This document shows positions 51,932 through 62,292 of a DNA stretch of 64,000 bases, piece after piece. The stretch comes from an uncultured delta proteobacterium (GTDB lineage Bacteria > Desulfobacterota > Syntrophobacteria > Syntrophobacterales > Syntrophobacteraceae): assembly GCA_963808625.1 (NCBI GenBank), contig CAWEHK010000029.1, positions 64,001 through 128,000 of the forward strand. Reading direction: 5' to 3'. The notes under the pieces were generated by a model. It had not been told where the DNA came from. It searched no databases and saw only the letters and a list, made by a program, of their open reading frames with translations. The position numbers and the translations under genes were made by a program. Numbering within the stretch: position 1 is the first letter of the stretch; every line of letters starts with the position of its first letter.

Positions 51932-53179
51932 ATGATGCAATTTCTTAAAGTGAAGACCGTGGACCAGGTTCTGGAGATCATAAGCGGCCTGGAGCCACTG
52001 CCGAACGAGATCGTTGAGCTTGATTCCGCGTGCGGGCGAGTGCTTGCTGCCGGGATCACTGCTCCCGAGCCGGTCCCTCATTTTGACCGCTCCGTTATGG
52101 ACGGTTATGCCGTGCGGGCGCAAGATACCTTCGGGGCGTCCGAAATGCTGCCGGCACTGCTCGAGATTGACGGCGAGGTGTCCATGGGCGAGGCGGTGAC
52201 GCGGCAAATCGAGCCGGGGAAAGCGGTGGCCATTCCTACCGGCGGCATGCTCCCGGCTGGCGCGGATGCCGTGGTTATGGTCGAGTACACCCATCCTCTG
52301 GACGCGCGAACCATTGAAGTGAGCAAGGCCGTGGCCCCCGGCGAGAATGTTCTGGGAAGGGGCGAAGATATCCCGGTCGGTGAGATTCTGCTGCCACGGG
52401 GATGGCGCCTGCGCCCCCAGGATTTGGGAATGCTTGCCGCTCTGGGCATCTGCACTGCAGCGGTCACCTGCCGTCCGCGTGTGGCCATTCTTTCCACTGG
52501 GGATGAAATCGTACCAATTTCGACCCCAACCCTCTTGCCTGGAAAGGTCCGTGATATCAACAGCTTCACCCTCGCTGCCCAGATGGAGGAAGGCGGGGCC
52601 ACGGTGAGCTATCGCGCAGCCGTTGCGGACCGCCTCGAGGTGTTGGTCAACACCTGCCGGGAAGCCTTTCGCGAGCACGATGTGGTCGTTCTTTCCGGGG
52701 GGAGTTCCGTCGGGATGCGAGACTTTACCGTGCGGATCCTGGAAGCATTCGCAGAGGCGGAGTTGCTCGTGCACGGGGTCGCGATTCGCCCGGGAAAACC
52801 TACGATCCTGGCGCGCATCGGGAAGAAAATCTTCTGGGGTCTCCCCGGTCATCCGGTATCCGCCCTGACCGTCTGCAGGGCACTCGTTTTGCCCTCTCTG
52901 GCAGTACTCCAGGGGATCGCGGGGAGTGATCAGGATCAGGATCTCGGGAGCACCCTCTTTGGCGTTCTCGCCAACCAGCTCCCCTCGGTCCATGGCCGGA
53001 CCGACTATGTGCCGGTGAGCCTCATCAGGGATGGGGATGCCTTTCTGGTCAAGCCGATTTTCGGGAAGTCCGCCATGATCAGTGTCCTGGGCCGCGCGGA
53101 TGGCTGTGTCGTCGTGCCTGCTCATGTGGAAGGTCTGGATCAGGGAAGCCGCGTGAAGGTATACCTCTTTTCCAGGTGA
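51932..53179 (+). CDS. moeA: Molybdopterin molybdotransferase
   Basis: FDRSVMDGYAV, TGGMLPAGADAVVMVE, STGDE, SGGSSVG, RPGKP, GLPGHPVS. Confidence 0.93.
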   Translation: MMQFLKVKTVDQVLEIISGLEPLPNEIVELDSACGRVLAAGITAPEPVPHFDRSVMDGYAVRAQDTFGASEMLPALLEIDGEVSMGEAVTRQIEPGKAVAIPTGGMLPAGADAVVMVEYTHPLDARTIEVSKAVAPGENVLGRGEDIPVGEILLPRGWRLRPQDLGMLAALGICTAAVTCRPRVAILSTGDEIVPISTPTLLPGKVRDINSFTLAAQMEEGGATVSYRAAVADRLEVLVNTCREAFREHDVVVLSGGSSVGMRDFTVRILEAFAEAELLVHGVAIRPGKPTILARIGKKIFWGLPGHPVSALTVCRALVLPSLAVLQGIAGSDQDQDLGSTLFGVLANQLPSVHGRTDYVPVSLIRDGDAFLVKPIFGKSAMISVLGRADGCVVVPAHVEGLDQGSRVKVYLFSR

Positions 53180-53376
53180 TCCGCGTCTCCGGCAGGAATC
53201 CGTAAACCGTGAAACGACCGCTCAGGTCCAGCCTGTTGAATCTCGAATATCGAACAGGGAACCGCAGAATATCGAAGGAAAATGAGGACTTCGATCCTCA
53301 CCTTTTCCCCATAAGCGGACTGAGCGGGATAGTTTGATGCCTATGGGGGCAGCGAAGGCGGGCAATCAGTAAGCTA

Positions 53377-53476
53377 GTTCTCATCCGGAAAGTGGCGCCT
53401 TGTTCTGTAGGAGGGGCTTCCAGCCCCGATCGCGGCTGGAAGCCCCTCCTACAAAATGGGGTTTCCGGATGGACAC
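53377..53476. mobile_element. 100-bp MITE-like element enclosing a GTAG-type REP doublet
   Basis: Ends GTTCTCATCCGGAAA / TTTCCGGATGGACAC; flanking AAGCTA duplication (53371-53376, 53477-53482); core GTAGGAGGGGCTTCCAGCC...GGCTGGAAGCCCCTCCTAC. Confidence 0.65.
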
Positions 53477-53479
53477 AAG

Positions 53480-54103
53480 CTAGTCTCCCGTTGGCGGCAC
53501 GATGGCTTCGACGTCTTCCACGTCAAGCTCGACGCTGACGGACCGGCAAATCATATCGACACTGACAATCAGTCTCCCCTTGTTCGGATTCTGCCTTAAC
53601 AAGATCCCCACACAACCGGATAATGGCCCGCGAATGACCCGCACCCAATTGCCCTCTTTCAGATAGGGGTTTAAGGTCAAGGGATTGCGGGATCCGAGCA
53701 AAGTCTGCAGGTTCTCGATCTGAAAAGAGGGAATCGGCAGAGGTCCTTCAGAATTGCCGAGAAGGGTCAACGCACCCGGCGTTCTGAGGATGTGGACGTG
53801 AGTGTAATTGTCAAGAATTGTTCGCACGAAAATGTATCCTGGAAACATGGGTACCGAGACCTTCTTCCGCCGGTCCTTCCGCTTGCTCCAGCATTCCATC
53901 AACGGCACGAAGGAATTGATGTCCTTTTGCTCCAGCCGCGTAGCGACTTCCCTTTCGTGATTAACCTGGACATAGACGGCAAACCATGACTCAACTTCTC
54001 CCGCCAGAAGCGGAAAGAGGAAGGGACCGCGTGGCGCGAGACCGTCGACGGGAATGATCAAAGGTTCATGGCTAAAGCTTCTCGTTGTATGCACTGAACT
54101 CAT
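53480..54103 (-). CDS. NusG paralog (UpxY/RfaH/LoaP-like antiterminator); start may be downstream of 54103
   Basis: WFAVYVQVNHE, WSKRKDRRKKVSVPMFPGYIFV, KOW motif VRVIRGPLSG..G. Confidence 0.85.
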   Translation of the reverse strand: MSSVHTTRSFSHEPLIIPVDGLAPRGPFLFPLLAGEVESWFAVYVQVNHEREVATRLEQKDINSFVPLMECWSKRKDRRKKVSVPMFPGYIFVRTILDNYTHVHILRTPGALTLLGNSEGPLPIPSFQIENLQTLLGSRNPLTLNPYLKEGNWVRVIRGPLSGCVGILLRQNPNKGRLIVSVDMICRSVSVELDVEDVEAIVPPTGD

Positions 54104-54330
54104 TGTCGGCTAAATCCTTCTATCCGTGAGCGCGAAAGAGAAAGCCCATGCTTGAAAATCTGCCGCCACTTTGGATTATGCGCTCATTTAGGGCAACCAA
54201 CGATGACGCAACGGCGAACTCCATTCGCCAGCAATAAATGCGCCAGCAGACCCGCCCCCACTGAAATCATTATAGACAGCTGAGGATTAATTTCAAGAAG
54301 GAGATGTCGGCGGCCAAGTCTTGCTCCTAG

Positions 54331-54479
54331 GAGGCTGTCTGAAAATTGGTCGAAGGTTATGGGGCGGCGGCGATCAAACCTTGTAGGAGTCGGCTTCCAG
54401 CCGCGACCGGACTAAATCGCGGCAGGATGGCGCTCCTACAGATGGACTGACCAGTTGCATGTCATTTTCAGACAGGCTC
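54331..54479. mobile_element. 149-bp MITE-like element enclosing a GTAG-type REP doublet
   Basis: Ends GAGGCTGTCTGAAAAT / ATTTTCAGACAGGCTC, flanks CTAG/CTGG; core GTAGGAGTCGGCTTCCAGCCGCGA...TCGCGGCAGGATGGCGCTCCTAC. Confidence 0.65.
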
Positions 54480-54514
54480 CTGGAGAGGCGCAACAGCAAA
54501 AGGCGGGCTGTCAA

Positions 54515-57455
54515 CTACCTGCGTGAGCCATGAGGCAGCATATCCTGCAGGTTCCAGGGGGTGGGGACTCTCAAGACCCGACCATGGCGATCGGCATAGA
54601 GGAGATAGCCTGTTTCGAGCGCTCGGTAAAACAGGTCTCTGGTGAGGATAACATCCAGCTTGCAGTGCTCGATCAGGGGGTCCCAGTTGCCTTCCCGAAA
54701 CCATGTGACCGCCTGCACCCCGTCAGAGGTCTTACTCCTGCCGAGATTCTTTTCGGCAAGATGGGCGAGGCTCAGCCGAAACCCCAGCACCTGGTGGATT
54801 TCTCGCAGCAGGTCAAACGTCGGCAGCTTGCGGAGATCATATGGCGCGTAGGCGCGGAGAACTTCATAATCAAACGATGCGATGTTGAAGCCCACGACCA
54901 GGTCCAGGGCCCGCAGATCCTTGAGAAATGGCCCGATATTCTCTTCCCGGAAGACTTTGAAGGTGTCGCTGTGGGTTTCATAGAGAACGGCCACCGAAAC
55001 CCTCATCAGGTGCTTGTTTTGCCATCCCCCGACGTCATCGGCCAGACGCTGCGTTTCCAGGTCGAAAAAGCCGATGCGCGGCGGTGGCGGCGAATGGGGT
55101 GCAGTGACTACTGTGCAGACCGCACTGGATTCGTCACAGTGCGAGGGAGGGACGTTTTCTGAGAAATTCAACTCGCCGAGCAGGTATTTCAGGATCACCA
55201 GGGCTGCTTCTTTATCCAGGGGTTTGTTGCCCGATCCGCACTTGGGTGAATGAATACAGGCCGGACATCCATCCGGGCACGAACAGGAAGCGACCAGGTC
55301 TTTGGTTCTTTCCAGTAGCGGCAGGAGCATTTCATAGCCCCTTGCGGCAAGGCCGATCCCCCCGGGATAGCCGTCGTAGATAAAGATGGCGGCCTTCTCC
55401 ACCTGCGGGTGCAGAGGTATGGAAATCCCCCCGATGTCGTTTCGGTCACAGAGCGCGAAGAGCGGAAACATGCTGATTACCGCATGTTCAACCGCATGAA
55501 TGCCGCCCATGAAGTGAAGTTTGGCGGCTTGAATGCTCCGCGCCAGGTCGGGTTCGATTTCGATCCAGAAACCGACGGTTTCGAAGGTCTGTTGCGGCAG
55601 GTCAAGGGGGTCCGTACCGAGGAGCTCCTGCGAAAAAAGGCGGCGTTTCTCGTACCCGGTAATCGTCTCGGTGACCCGCAGGCGACCGAGTCGCACGAGG
55701 AAGTTTCCCACGGGTTTTGAGGCCAGTATTTCCAGGATTTCGGTCTCTTTTTCGCTCTTGACCCGGGTGAAGTAGGAAGCCTGCGAGGGTTTCACGAGAA
55801 TCACGCGATTTGCCAGATCCAGGCTCTGCACCTGGTAGGTCTCCCCACGATGCAAATAGATGGCTCCAGGATGGCATTCCTTGAGCGCTCGAATGCCTTC
55901 GCTCTTGCCCAGGGGAACATGCCGATCGTCCTTGGAACTCTTTAGTATCACGTAGGCCGGGCCAACCGAGCGAATATCGACCTGCCGGTGGGGATGGGAG
56001 GAAGCGGACAACCACTGGGTGCCGTCCCCGGTCTGGACCAGCTTTCCGGTCCTGGTGAGGGTCTCAACCAGATGGCCAAAAGGCTGTTCCTGGAGGGCTA
56101 CTTCCGCCATCTTCCAGGGGCAGTTCGGCGGCAGCGCAGGGGATGTGGGCCTTGAGAATTTCTTCGTTGAGGGGATCGGTGACGGCGATCTCGTATCCGC
56201 TGTCAAGGAATATCTGGGGATGGTGAACGATGTACTGATCCAGGGCATCGTATTGCGGCAGCAGGATGATCGCCGATTCCCGCCCGCTTCTCCCGGCCCG
56301 GCCTCCGCGCTGCCAGGTGTTCATCACCGTTCCCGGATAGCCCACCAGGATGCACAGGTCCAAACCACCAATGTCGATACCCATCTCGAGGGCGCTGGTG
56401 GAAATGACCGCCGCAAGCTGCCCCCCCGACAGCTTTTGCTCGATGGTCCGCCGCTCTTCGGGGAGGAAACCGGCGCGATAGGAGCTGACCCGATTCGCCA
56501 GTTGAGGCGCCTCACGGAGGACACTCATGTGAATCAGTTCGGTAACCTTGCGTGACTGGGTGAAGGCGATCGTCTTGAGCCCGCCTTCCGCTGCTTTCAC
56601 AATGAGGCGTGCGGCCATGCTCGAGACATGACCTCCCAGGCCTTCTTCCGGTTCCATGAAGACGAAATGGCGCTTCGCCTGAGGGGCGCCGTTTTCGGGA
56701 ATGACTTCGATGCCGTTGGACTGCTTGCCGATGAGCTGCTGCGCAAGTTCCTGCGGGTTGGCGATGGTTGCGGAAAGGAGGATGAACTGCGGGGTGCTGC
56801 CATAGAAGCGGCAAATCCTGTCGAGGCGCCGAAGTACCTGGGCGACGTGGCTCCCAAAGATGCCGCGATAGGTGTGCATTTCATCGATAATGACGAAACG
56901 CAGCTTCTTCCAGAACAGTTCCCACTTGGCGTGGTAAGGCAGCAGGGCATAATGGAGCATGTCGGGATTAGTGAGCAGGATGTGCGGGTGATTGTTGCGT
57001 ATCTTGGTTCGCTGATAGGGGGTGGTGTCGCCGTCGTAGACTGCGGCGCGGAAGAGAACGCGATCCTGTTCCGCACGAAGGGCCTCGAAAAAAGTGTTCA
57101 AGGCTTCCAGCTGATCGCGACTCAGGGCCTTGATCGGGAAAAGATACAGCGCCCGCTGTTCATGGTCTTTGATGAGCGCTTCGGCGACCGCCAGATTGTA
57201 AATGAGAGACTTCCCGCTTGCGGTAGGGGAAGCGACGGCGAGGTGACGGCCTGAACGGATGATTTCGAGGGCCCGTGTTTGATGACGGTAAAGCCTGGTA
57301 ATGCCAAGTCTCGGCAGGGATTGCTGGAGGCTCTCCGGGAGCGGGTCCTGAAGCGCGCCGTAAATCGCCTCACGGGCAGGGAGAACCTCATGGTGAATGA
57401 CTTTGAAACCCTGCCATCGACGCTTGAGCAGCGTATCCAGGAAGCGTTGAATCAC
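54515..57455 (-). CDS. DEAD/DEAH helicase with DUF1998 Zn-domain fused to RNase H-like (DEDD) exonuclease (MrfA/YprA + MrfB/YprB-like); frameshift ~56110
   Basis: PTASGKS, DEMHTY, SAT, STSALEMGIDIG, QRGGRAGR; CSCPDGCPAC; FFDLET, GFNIASFD, HCKLDV. GTG 57455 with GAGGGG RBS is the likely start. Confidence 0.88.
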
Positions 57456-57609
57456 GTCGAATGGCCCCTCACTGCCTTCAGTGCTGACGCACAAGTCAGC
57501 GCATTGCGGTGAGATATGGTTTTGGAGGGATGAAGAGAAATAATTTGTCGCAACAAAGGAGTAGACACGAGAAGCGCCCTTTGATAGTATAGCGTGGAAC
57601 GATTCCGGG

Positions 57610-58512
57610 TTGAACAGGAGGAATAGCGCTATGCATCAGCGGCAAGGGAATGAATTGATCCAGTGCGGACGGGAAATCAGCATTAGAGAGATAGAGGAAA
57701 TCAGTGAGACGGTTGCGACGTTTTGGAGGTTGAGTCGTGAAGAACTGTTAGTGACGATATGTGAGCATTTAGGATGGCATAGTGCCTCCGGGAGTCCCAA
57801 GGCCAATGCCTGCTTGAAGCTTTTGGAAAGACTGGAATCGCAGGGTTTTTTGAAGGTGCCTTCAAAGCAGGTAAGTTCACGGAAGGGATCGAGGAAGCCG
57901 TGTTTGACGGAGAGGACAGGGCTCCAGCCAGCGATAGAAGGTGGTATCAGAGAGGTGGGACGTGTTCGCCTGGAGGTGGTAAGAGAAAGGCAGGAGACGG
58001 AGCTTTGGAATGAATATGTGAACCGGTACCACTACCTTGGTTACAAGCGGCCATTTGGTTGTTTTGCACGGTATTTTGTAGAGAGCGAGCGTGGTAGGTT
58101 GGGCTGTCTGTTGTTTGCTGGAGCCGCGAAGTCATTAGGAGAGCGGGATCGTTGGATCGGTTGGAGCGCAAGCACGCGACTGAGGAATCTTGGCTGGGTA
58201 GTGAACAATACGCGATTTGTGATTTTTCCATGGGTGAAGGTTAAATATTTGGCAAGTCACGTATTGGGTCAGGCCATAAGGCGGATAAGGGCGGATTGGG
58301 AGGAGAGGTGGAGTTATCGCCCGGTATTGGTGGAGACGTTTGTAGATCCTCAGTACTATGCTGGGACATGTTACCGGGCGGCAAACTGGCAATATGTTGG
58401 GATGACAACCGGGGAAGGGCTTATCCGCAAGGGCAAGAGCTACACAACGAGTCCCAAGAAGATCTTTGTTAAGCCACTTGTTGACGATTTCCGCACGGTT
58501 CTATGTTCATAG
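57610..58512 (+). CDS. DUF4338/DruA-like protein (IS passenger, copy 2)
   Basis: Near-identical to 26763-27665. Confidence 0.8.
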   Translation: MNRRNSAMHQRQGNELIQCGREISIREIEEISETVATFWRLSREELLVTICEHLGWHSASGSPKANACLKLLERLESQGFLKVPSKQVSSRKGSRKPCLTERTGLQPAIEGGIREVGRVRLEVVRERQETELWNEYVNRYHYLGYKRPFGCFARYFVESERGRLGCLLFAGAAKSLGERDRWIGWSASTRLRNLGWVVNNTRFVIFPWVKVKYLASHVLGQAIRRIRADWEERWSYRPVLVETFVDPQYYAGTCYRAANWQYVGMTTGEGLIRKGKSYTTSPKKIFVKPLVDDFRTVLCS

Positions 58513-58519
58513 ATAACGG

Positions 58520-60061
58520 TTGGGAGGGCAAACCATGAGCAAACCCAGCCGTCGTCCGAATCGGGAAGAGATCAAAGCGCAAAGGAAGGAGAGGAAGCGA
58601 GCCCAGAAGGCCTTGCGTGAGGAGCAGAAAGGGAAGGGATTGCAGGGTTCCTCGCACTCAACGATCGCGAATCACAAGTGCGCATACCAGGACGTGGGGG
58701 AGGAACATAGCGCGCGTAACGAGGCGGTATGGGAGCAATTGAAGGTATTTCGCGCCAAGTTGCCAGTACTTCTGGGGCGACTGTCGAAGATTCCGGAGCC
58801 CAGAAACCCCAAAAAGACGAAGCATAAGCTTACGGTCCTGTTGATCTACGGGATATTGGTGTTTGTATTGCAGATGAGCTCGTCTCGCGAGGCCAACAGA
58901 GAAATGACCCGCCCGATGTTTTGGGAGAACCTGAAACTGATCTTTCCGGAACTTGAGGAGGTGCCCCATCATGATACGCTGAAACGTCTCTTGTGGGAGC
59001 TTGATGTAGGGGAGATCGAGAGCGCGCAGATCGAGCTGATCCGGGAATGGATCAGGCAGAAGAAGTTTCGCCGGTATTTGATCGAGAATTGTTACCCGAT
59101 AGCGATAGATGGTACGCAGAAGCTGGCTCGCGATTGGCTGTGGGATGAAGAGTGTATGCAGCGTACGGTTGGGAAGGACGAGTCTCAACATGTTCAGTAT
59201 TATGTTTACGTTTTGCAGGCCAGTCTGGCTTTCAGAGACGGAATGAGCATTCCTTTGATGAGCGAGTTTCTGAGCTTCACAGCAGGCGATACCGGTGACA
59301 GTAAACAGGACTGTGAGCTAAAGGGATTCTACCGGCTGGGTCGACGGCTCAAGGAGGCATTTCCTGCTCTGCGGATCATTGTTTTTCTGGATGGTCTTTA
59401 CGCCAATGGGCCCGTGATGGAGTTTTGCCGAGAACACAAATGGCAATACATGATCGTTTTGCAGGACAAGAGTTTACCGAGCGTGCATGGTGAATTTGAA
59501 GCCATAAGCGAACTGGAGCCCAAGAATCGGTATACCCGTACATGGGGCAACAGAAGGCAGCATTTTCGATGGGCGAATGATATCGAGTACGGCTTTGGAC
59601 CGAATGGGAAAAAGATAGAGACCATTCATGTGGTCGAATGCGTAGAGACCTGGCAGGAGATCGAGAAAGGGGGCACACGGGTTGTTGAAAAGAAGGGTCG
59701 GCATCTGTGGATATCCAGCGAACCTCTCAACAGGAGCAACCTCCACGAGCGATGCAATTTGGGCGCCCGCTCTCGGTGGACCATAGAGACAGGTTTTCTG
59801 GTAGAGAAACATCATGGTTATCAGTACGAACACTGCTTTGCATATAACTGGAATGCCATGAGGGGATACCATTACCTGATGCAACTGGGCCACATTTTCA
59901 ACATCATGGCCCGGTACTCGGAGAGGCTTGCCAAAATCGTTAAAGAGACGGGGATTAGAGGTCTAATCTCCTTTGTTCGCCAAACCATGGCCAGCCCATG
60001 GCTGGATCGCGCATGGATCGAGGAACGCCTTGCTGCCCCATATCAGCTCCGGCTGATATAG
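58520..60061 (+). CDS. DDE transposase (copy 2)
   Basis: Near-identical to 25214-26755. Confidence 0.85.
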   Translation: MGGQTMSKPSRRPNREEIKAQRKERKRAQKALREEQKGKGLQGSSHSTIANHKCAYQDVGEEHSARNEAVWEQLKVFRAKLPVLLGRLSKIPEPRNPKKTKHKLTVLLIYGILVFVLQMSSSREANREMTRPMFWENLKLIFPELEEVPHHDTLKRLLWELDVGEIESAQIELIREWIRQKKFRRYLIENCYPIAIDGTQKLARDWLWDEECMQRTVGKDESQHVQYYVYVLQASLAFRDGMSIPLMSEFLSFTAGDTGDSKQDCELKGFYRLGRRLKEAFPALRIIVFLDGLYANGPVMEFCREHKWQYMIVLQDKSLPSVHGEFEAISELEPKNRYTRTWGNRRQHFRWANDIEYGFGPNGKKIETIHVVECVETWQEIEKGGTRVVEKKGRHLWISSEPLNRSNLHERCNLGARSRWTIETGFLVEKHHGYQYEHCFAYNWNAMRGYHYLMQLGHIFNIMARYSERLAKIVKETGIRGLISFVRQTMASPWLDRAWIEERLAAPYQLRLI

Positions 60062-60339
60062 CACACAGGCAGTCAGCATAATCTAAATGGCCCCCAACCA
60101 GGGGGAAAAGGGGAATTATGCTCGGAGCGGCAGAAAACCTCAGCATCGGGAGCCATGGAATGACCTGGGGCCTGACACTCTATATAATTTGCATCTGCCA
60201 ACCAGTGGGACGGCGTCCGAACTGCTCGAAAATCGATGCCCGGACCTCGATTTTTAAAGTCGTGCGTCAGCAATGCACTGCCTTGCGCGCGGTTGACATC
60301 ACGGCCCAATACTCGTTAAGGATGAAAAGTTTCTTTTTC

Positions 60340-60423
60340 TACCGCGGAGAGCGCAGAGTACGCAGAGAGATTTTGTCTTGAAATATTTTGGTTTCTCTGC
60401 GATCTCAGCGTGCTCTGCGGTTA
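60340..60423. repeat. Palindromic CGCAGAG-unit element
   Basis: accgcggagagcgcagagtacgcagaga...tctctgcgatctcagcgtgctctgcggt; related half-elements at ~4103 and ~13137. Confidence 0.7.
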
Positions 60424-60671
60424 ATGATTCAGCCTACCAAAATGAAGATTCTCAGTCTAACAAGTTTAATCCATTTCTTCAGGGAGATTATCGTAGCCCG
60501 GCCCGGCCACTCCCCATCCCCGGCAGAAAAGTCACGGCGGACCTTGACAATCCTCTGTCCTCCCTGTAATCGGAAATCAGATTAACTCAAAAGGGTTAGC
60601 GTGGGCAAGGCAAGAGGTTCATGATAGGATGACGCCTTCTCAGGGCAGGAAAGTCCGGCAGAAATGAGAGG

Positions 60672-61406
60672 ATGACCATGAAGACCGAAGAGATCATCAA
60701 AAAGATCCACTGGTTGGGGCACGATACCATTTGGCTTGAGGGAAGCATCGAGGTCTGTATCGATCCCTTCCAGATCAGCACGAAACGACCGGCCGATCTC
60801 ATTTTGATCACCCACGAACATTTCGACCACTGCTCCCCGGAGGATGTGGCGAAGATTCAACGGAAAGAGACCACCATTGTGACGGATGCGGTATCGGCGA
60901 AAAAACTCCGGGGAGATGTTCGGGTTGTGGCTCCCGGCGACACTCTCAAGGTGAAGGGCGTGGATCTGGAGGTGGGGCCTGCGTACAATACGAACAAGGA
61001 TTTTCATCCGAAAAAGGCCGCCATGCTCTCTTTCGTGGTAACTCTGGATGGTGTTCGGTACTATCACGCCGGCGATACGGACTTCATCCCGGAGATGAAG
61101 GACCTCCACGTCGATGTCGCCTTCCTCCCGGTTTCCGGCACCTACGTGATGACCGCCGAGGAAGCGATCCAGGCGGCTCGTGCCATCAAGCCCGGTCTGG
61201 CCATCCCCATGCACTACGGGGCCATTGTCGGCTCGGAAGCTGATGCGGTGAAATTCAAGAACGCACTTCAGGGCGAAATAGAGGTCACCATCCTCTCGAA
61301 AGAAGCCTTGTCAGATTTAAGGAGTCGCTCGTGTCGGCGGCTTATCTTGAGGCATACCGTTCCGGCCGGCTGGAAGAAAAGATCCGCCGGAGCCTGCGCT
61401 GGTTGA
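60672..61406 (+). CDS. MBL-fold metallo-hydrolase (3' end may be extended by an indel)
   Basis: IDPF, THEHFDH, YHAGDT, IPMHYG. Confidence 0.88.
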   Translation: MTMKTEEIIKKIHWLGHDTIWLEGSIEVCIDPFQISTKRPADLILITHEHFDHCSPEDVAKIQRKETTIVTDAVSAKKLRGDVRVVAPGDTLKVKGVDLEVGPAYNTNKDFHPKKAAMLSFVVTLDGVRYYHAGDTDFIPEMKDLHVDVAFLPVSGTYVMTAEEAIQAARAIKPGLAIPMHYGAIVGSEADAVKFKNALQGEIEVTILSKEALSDLRSRSCRRLILRHTVPAGWKKRSAGACAG

Positions 61407-62264
61407 AGCGATGTACCCTCTGCCCGAGGTTCTGCAAAGTGGACCGCCTCGAGGGAGAAATGGGATATTGTCGCACCGGGCGCCAGGCAGTGGTGGCGAG
61501 CTATGGGCCGCACTTTGGAGAAGAGAAACCACTGGTGGGGAGGAGGGGATCGGGAACGATTTTCTTCTCCCACTGCAATCTCTACTGCATTTTCTGTCAG
61601 AACTACGATATCAGCCATGGCGGTCAGGGCGTCCCCGTATCGGCGAAGGAATTGGCCCGCATCATGGTTCATCTCCAGCAGCAGGGGTGCCATAATATCA
61701 ATTTTGTTACACCTTCTCATGTGCTGGCCCAGATCCTGGAGGCCCTTCCCCCGGCTGTTGAAATGGGGCTCTCCATTCCCTTGGTATATAATTGCGGTGG
61801 CTATGAGCGGGCTTCCGCTCTGAAGCTGTTGGACGGTATTGTGGATATCTACATGCCCGATTTCAAATTCTGGGACACGGCCGTAGCCACCGAGATTGTG
61901 CGATGCTCCGGACTACCCCGAACGAGCACGCAACGCCCTCCGCGAAATGCACCGCCAGGTGGGCGATTTGGAGCTCGATGCCGCCGGTGTTGCGGAACGG
62001 GGCCTCCTGGTGCGGCATTTGGTCATGCCCAACCGTCTCGCCGGGACGGCTGCCATCGTGAACTTTATCGCCAATGACATCTCGCGGGGCACTTACCTGA
62101 ATATCATGGATCAGTACCATGCTTGTGGTGAGGCTCGCGGCAAACCGCTTCTGGCACGACGCATCACCCACCAGGAGTTTGAAGAAGCTCTTGAGGCTGC
62201 CCAACAGGCTGGACTCCGGCGCCTGGATGAAAGGCACAAGCACTGGGTAAACCTGGAATTTTGA
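61331..62264 (+). CDS. Radical SAM protein (PflX-like), frameshift ~61897
   Basis: CTLCPRFC, HFGEE, GSGTIFFSHCNLYCIFCQN, DIYMPDFKF, LLVRHLVMP, NIMDQY. Confidence 0.85.
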
Positions 62265-62292
62265 ACCGTATGATCGATCTTGAGAGAGCTTG

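Larger units (their letters stand above)
57479..60275 (+). mobile_element. 2,797-bp insertion sequence, copy 2
   Basis: Same IRs; 9-bp TSD CACTGCCTT at 57470-57478 and 60276-60284. Confidence 0.95.

Noticed and set aside
2930..62264. Numerous frameshifted genes (degT, sugar transferase, TPR, higA, both island helicases, mcrB-like, fabD, DUF1998 helicase, radical SAM) as pseudogenes or programmed frameshifts
   Set aside because: These are single-base indels without accompanying in-frame stops, some at homopolymers. They include normally essential fabD and an antitoxin next to an intact toxin, while the multicopy IS is clean. This is typical of long-read consensus error; raw reads are needed to confirm.
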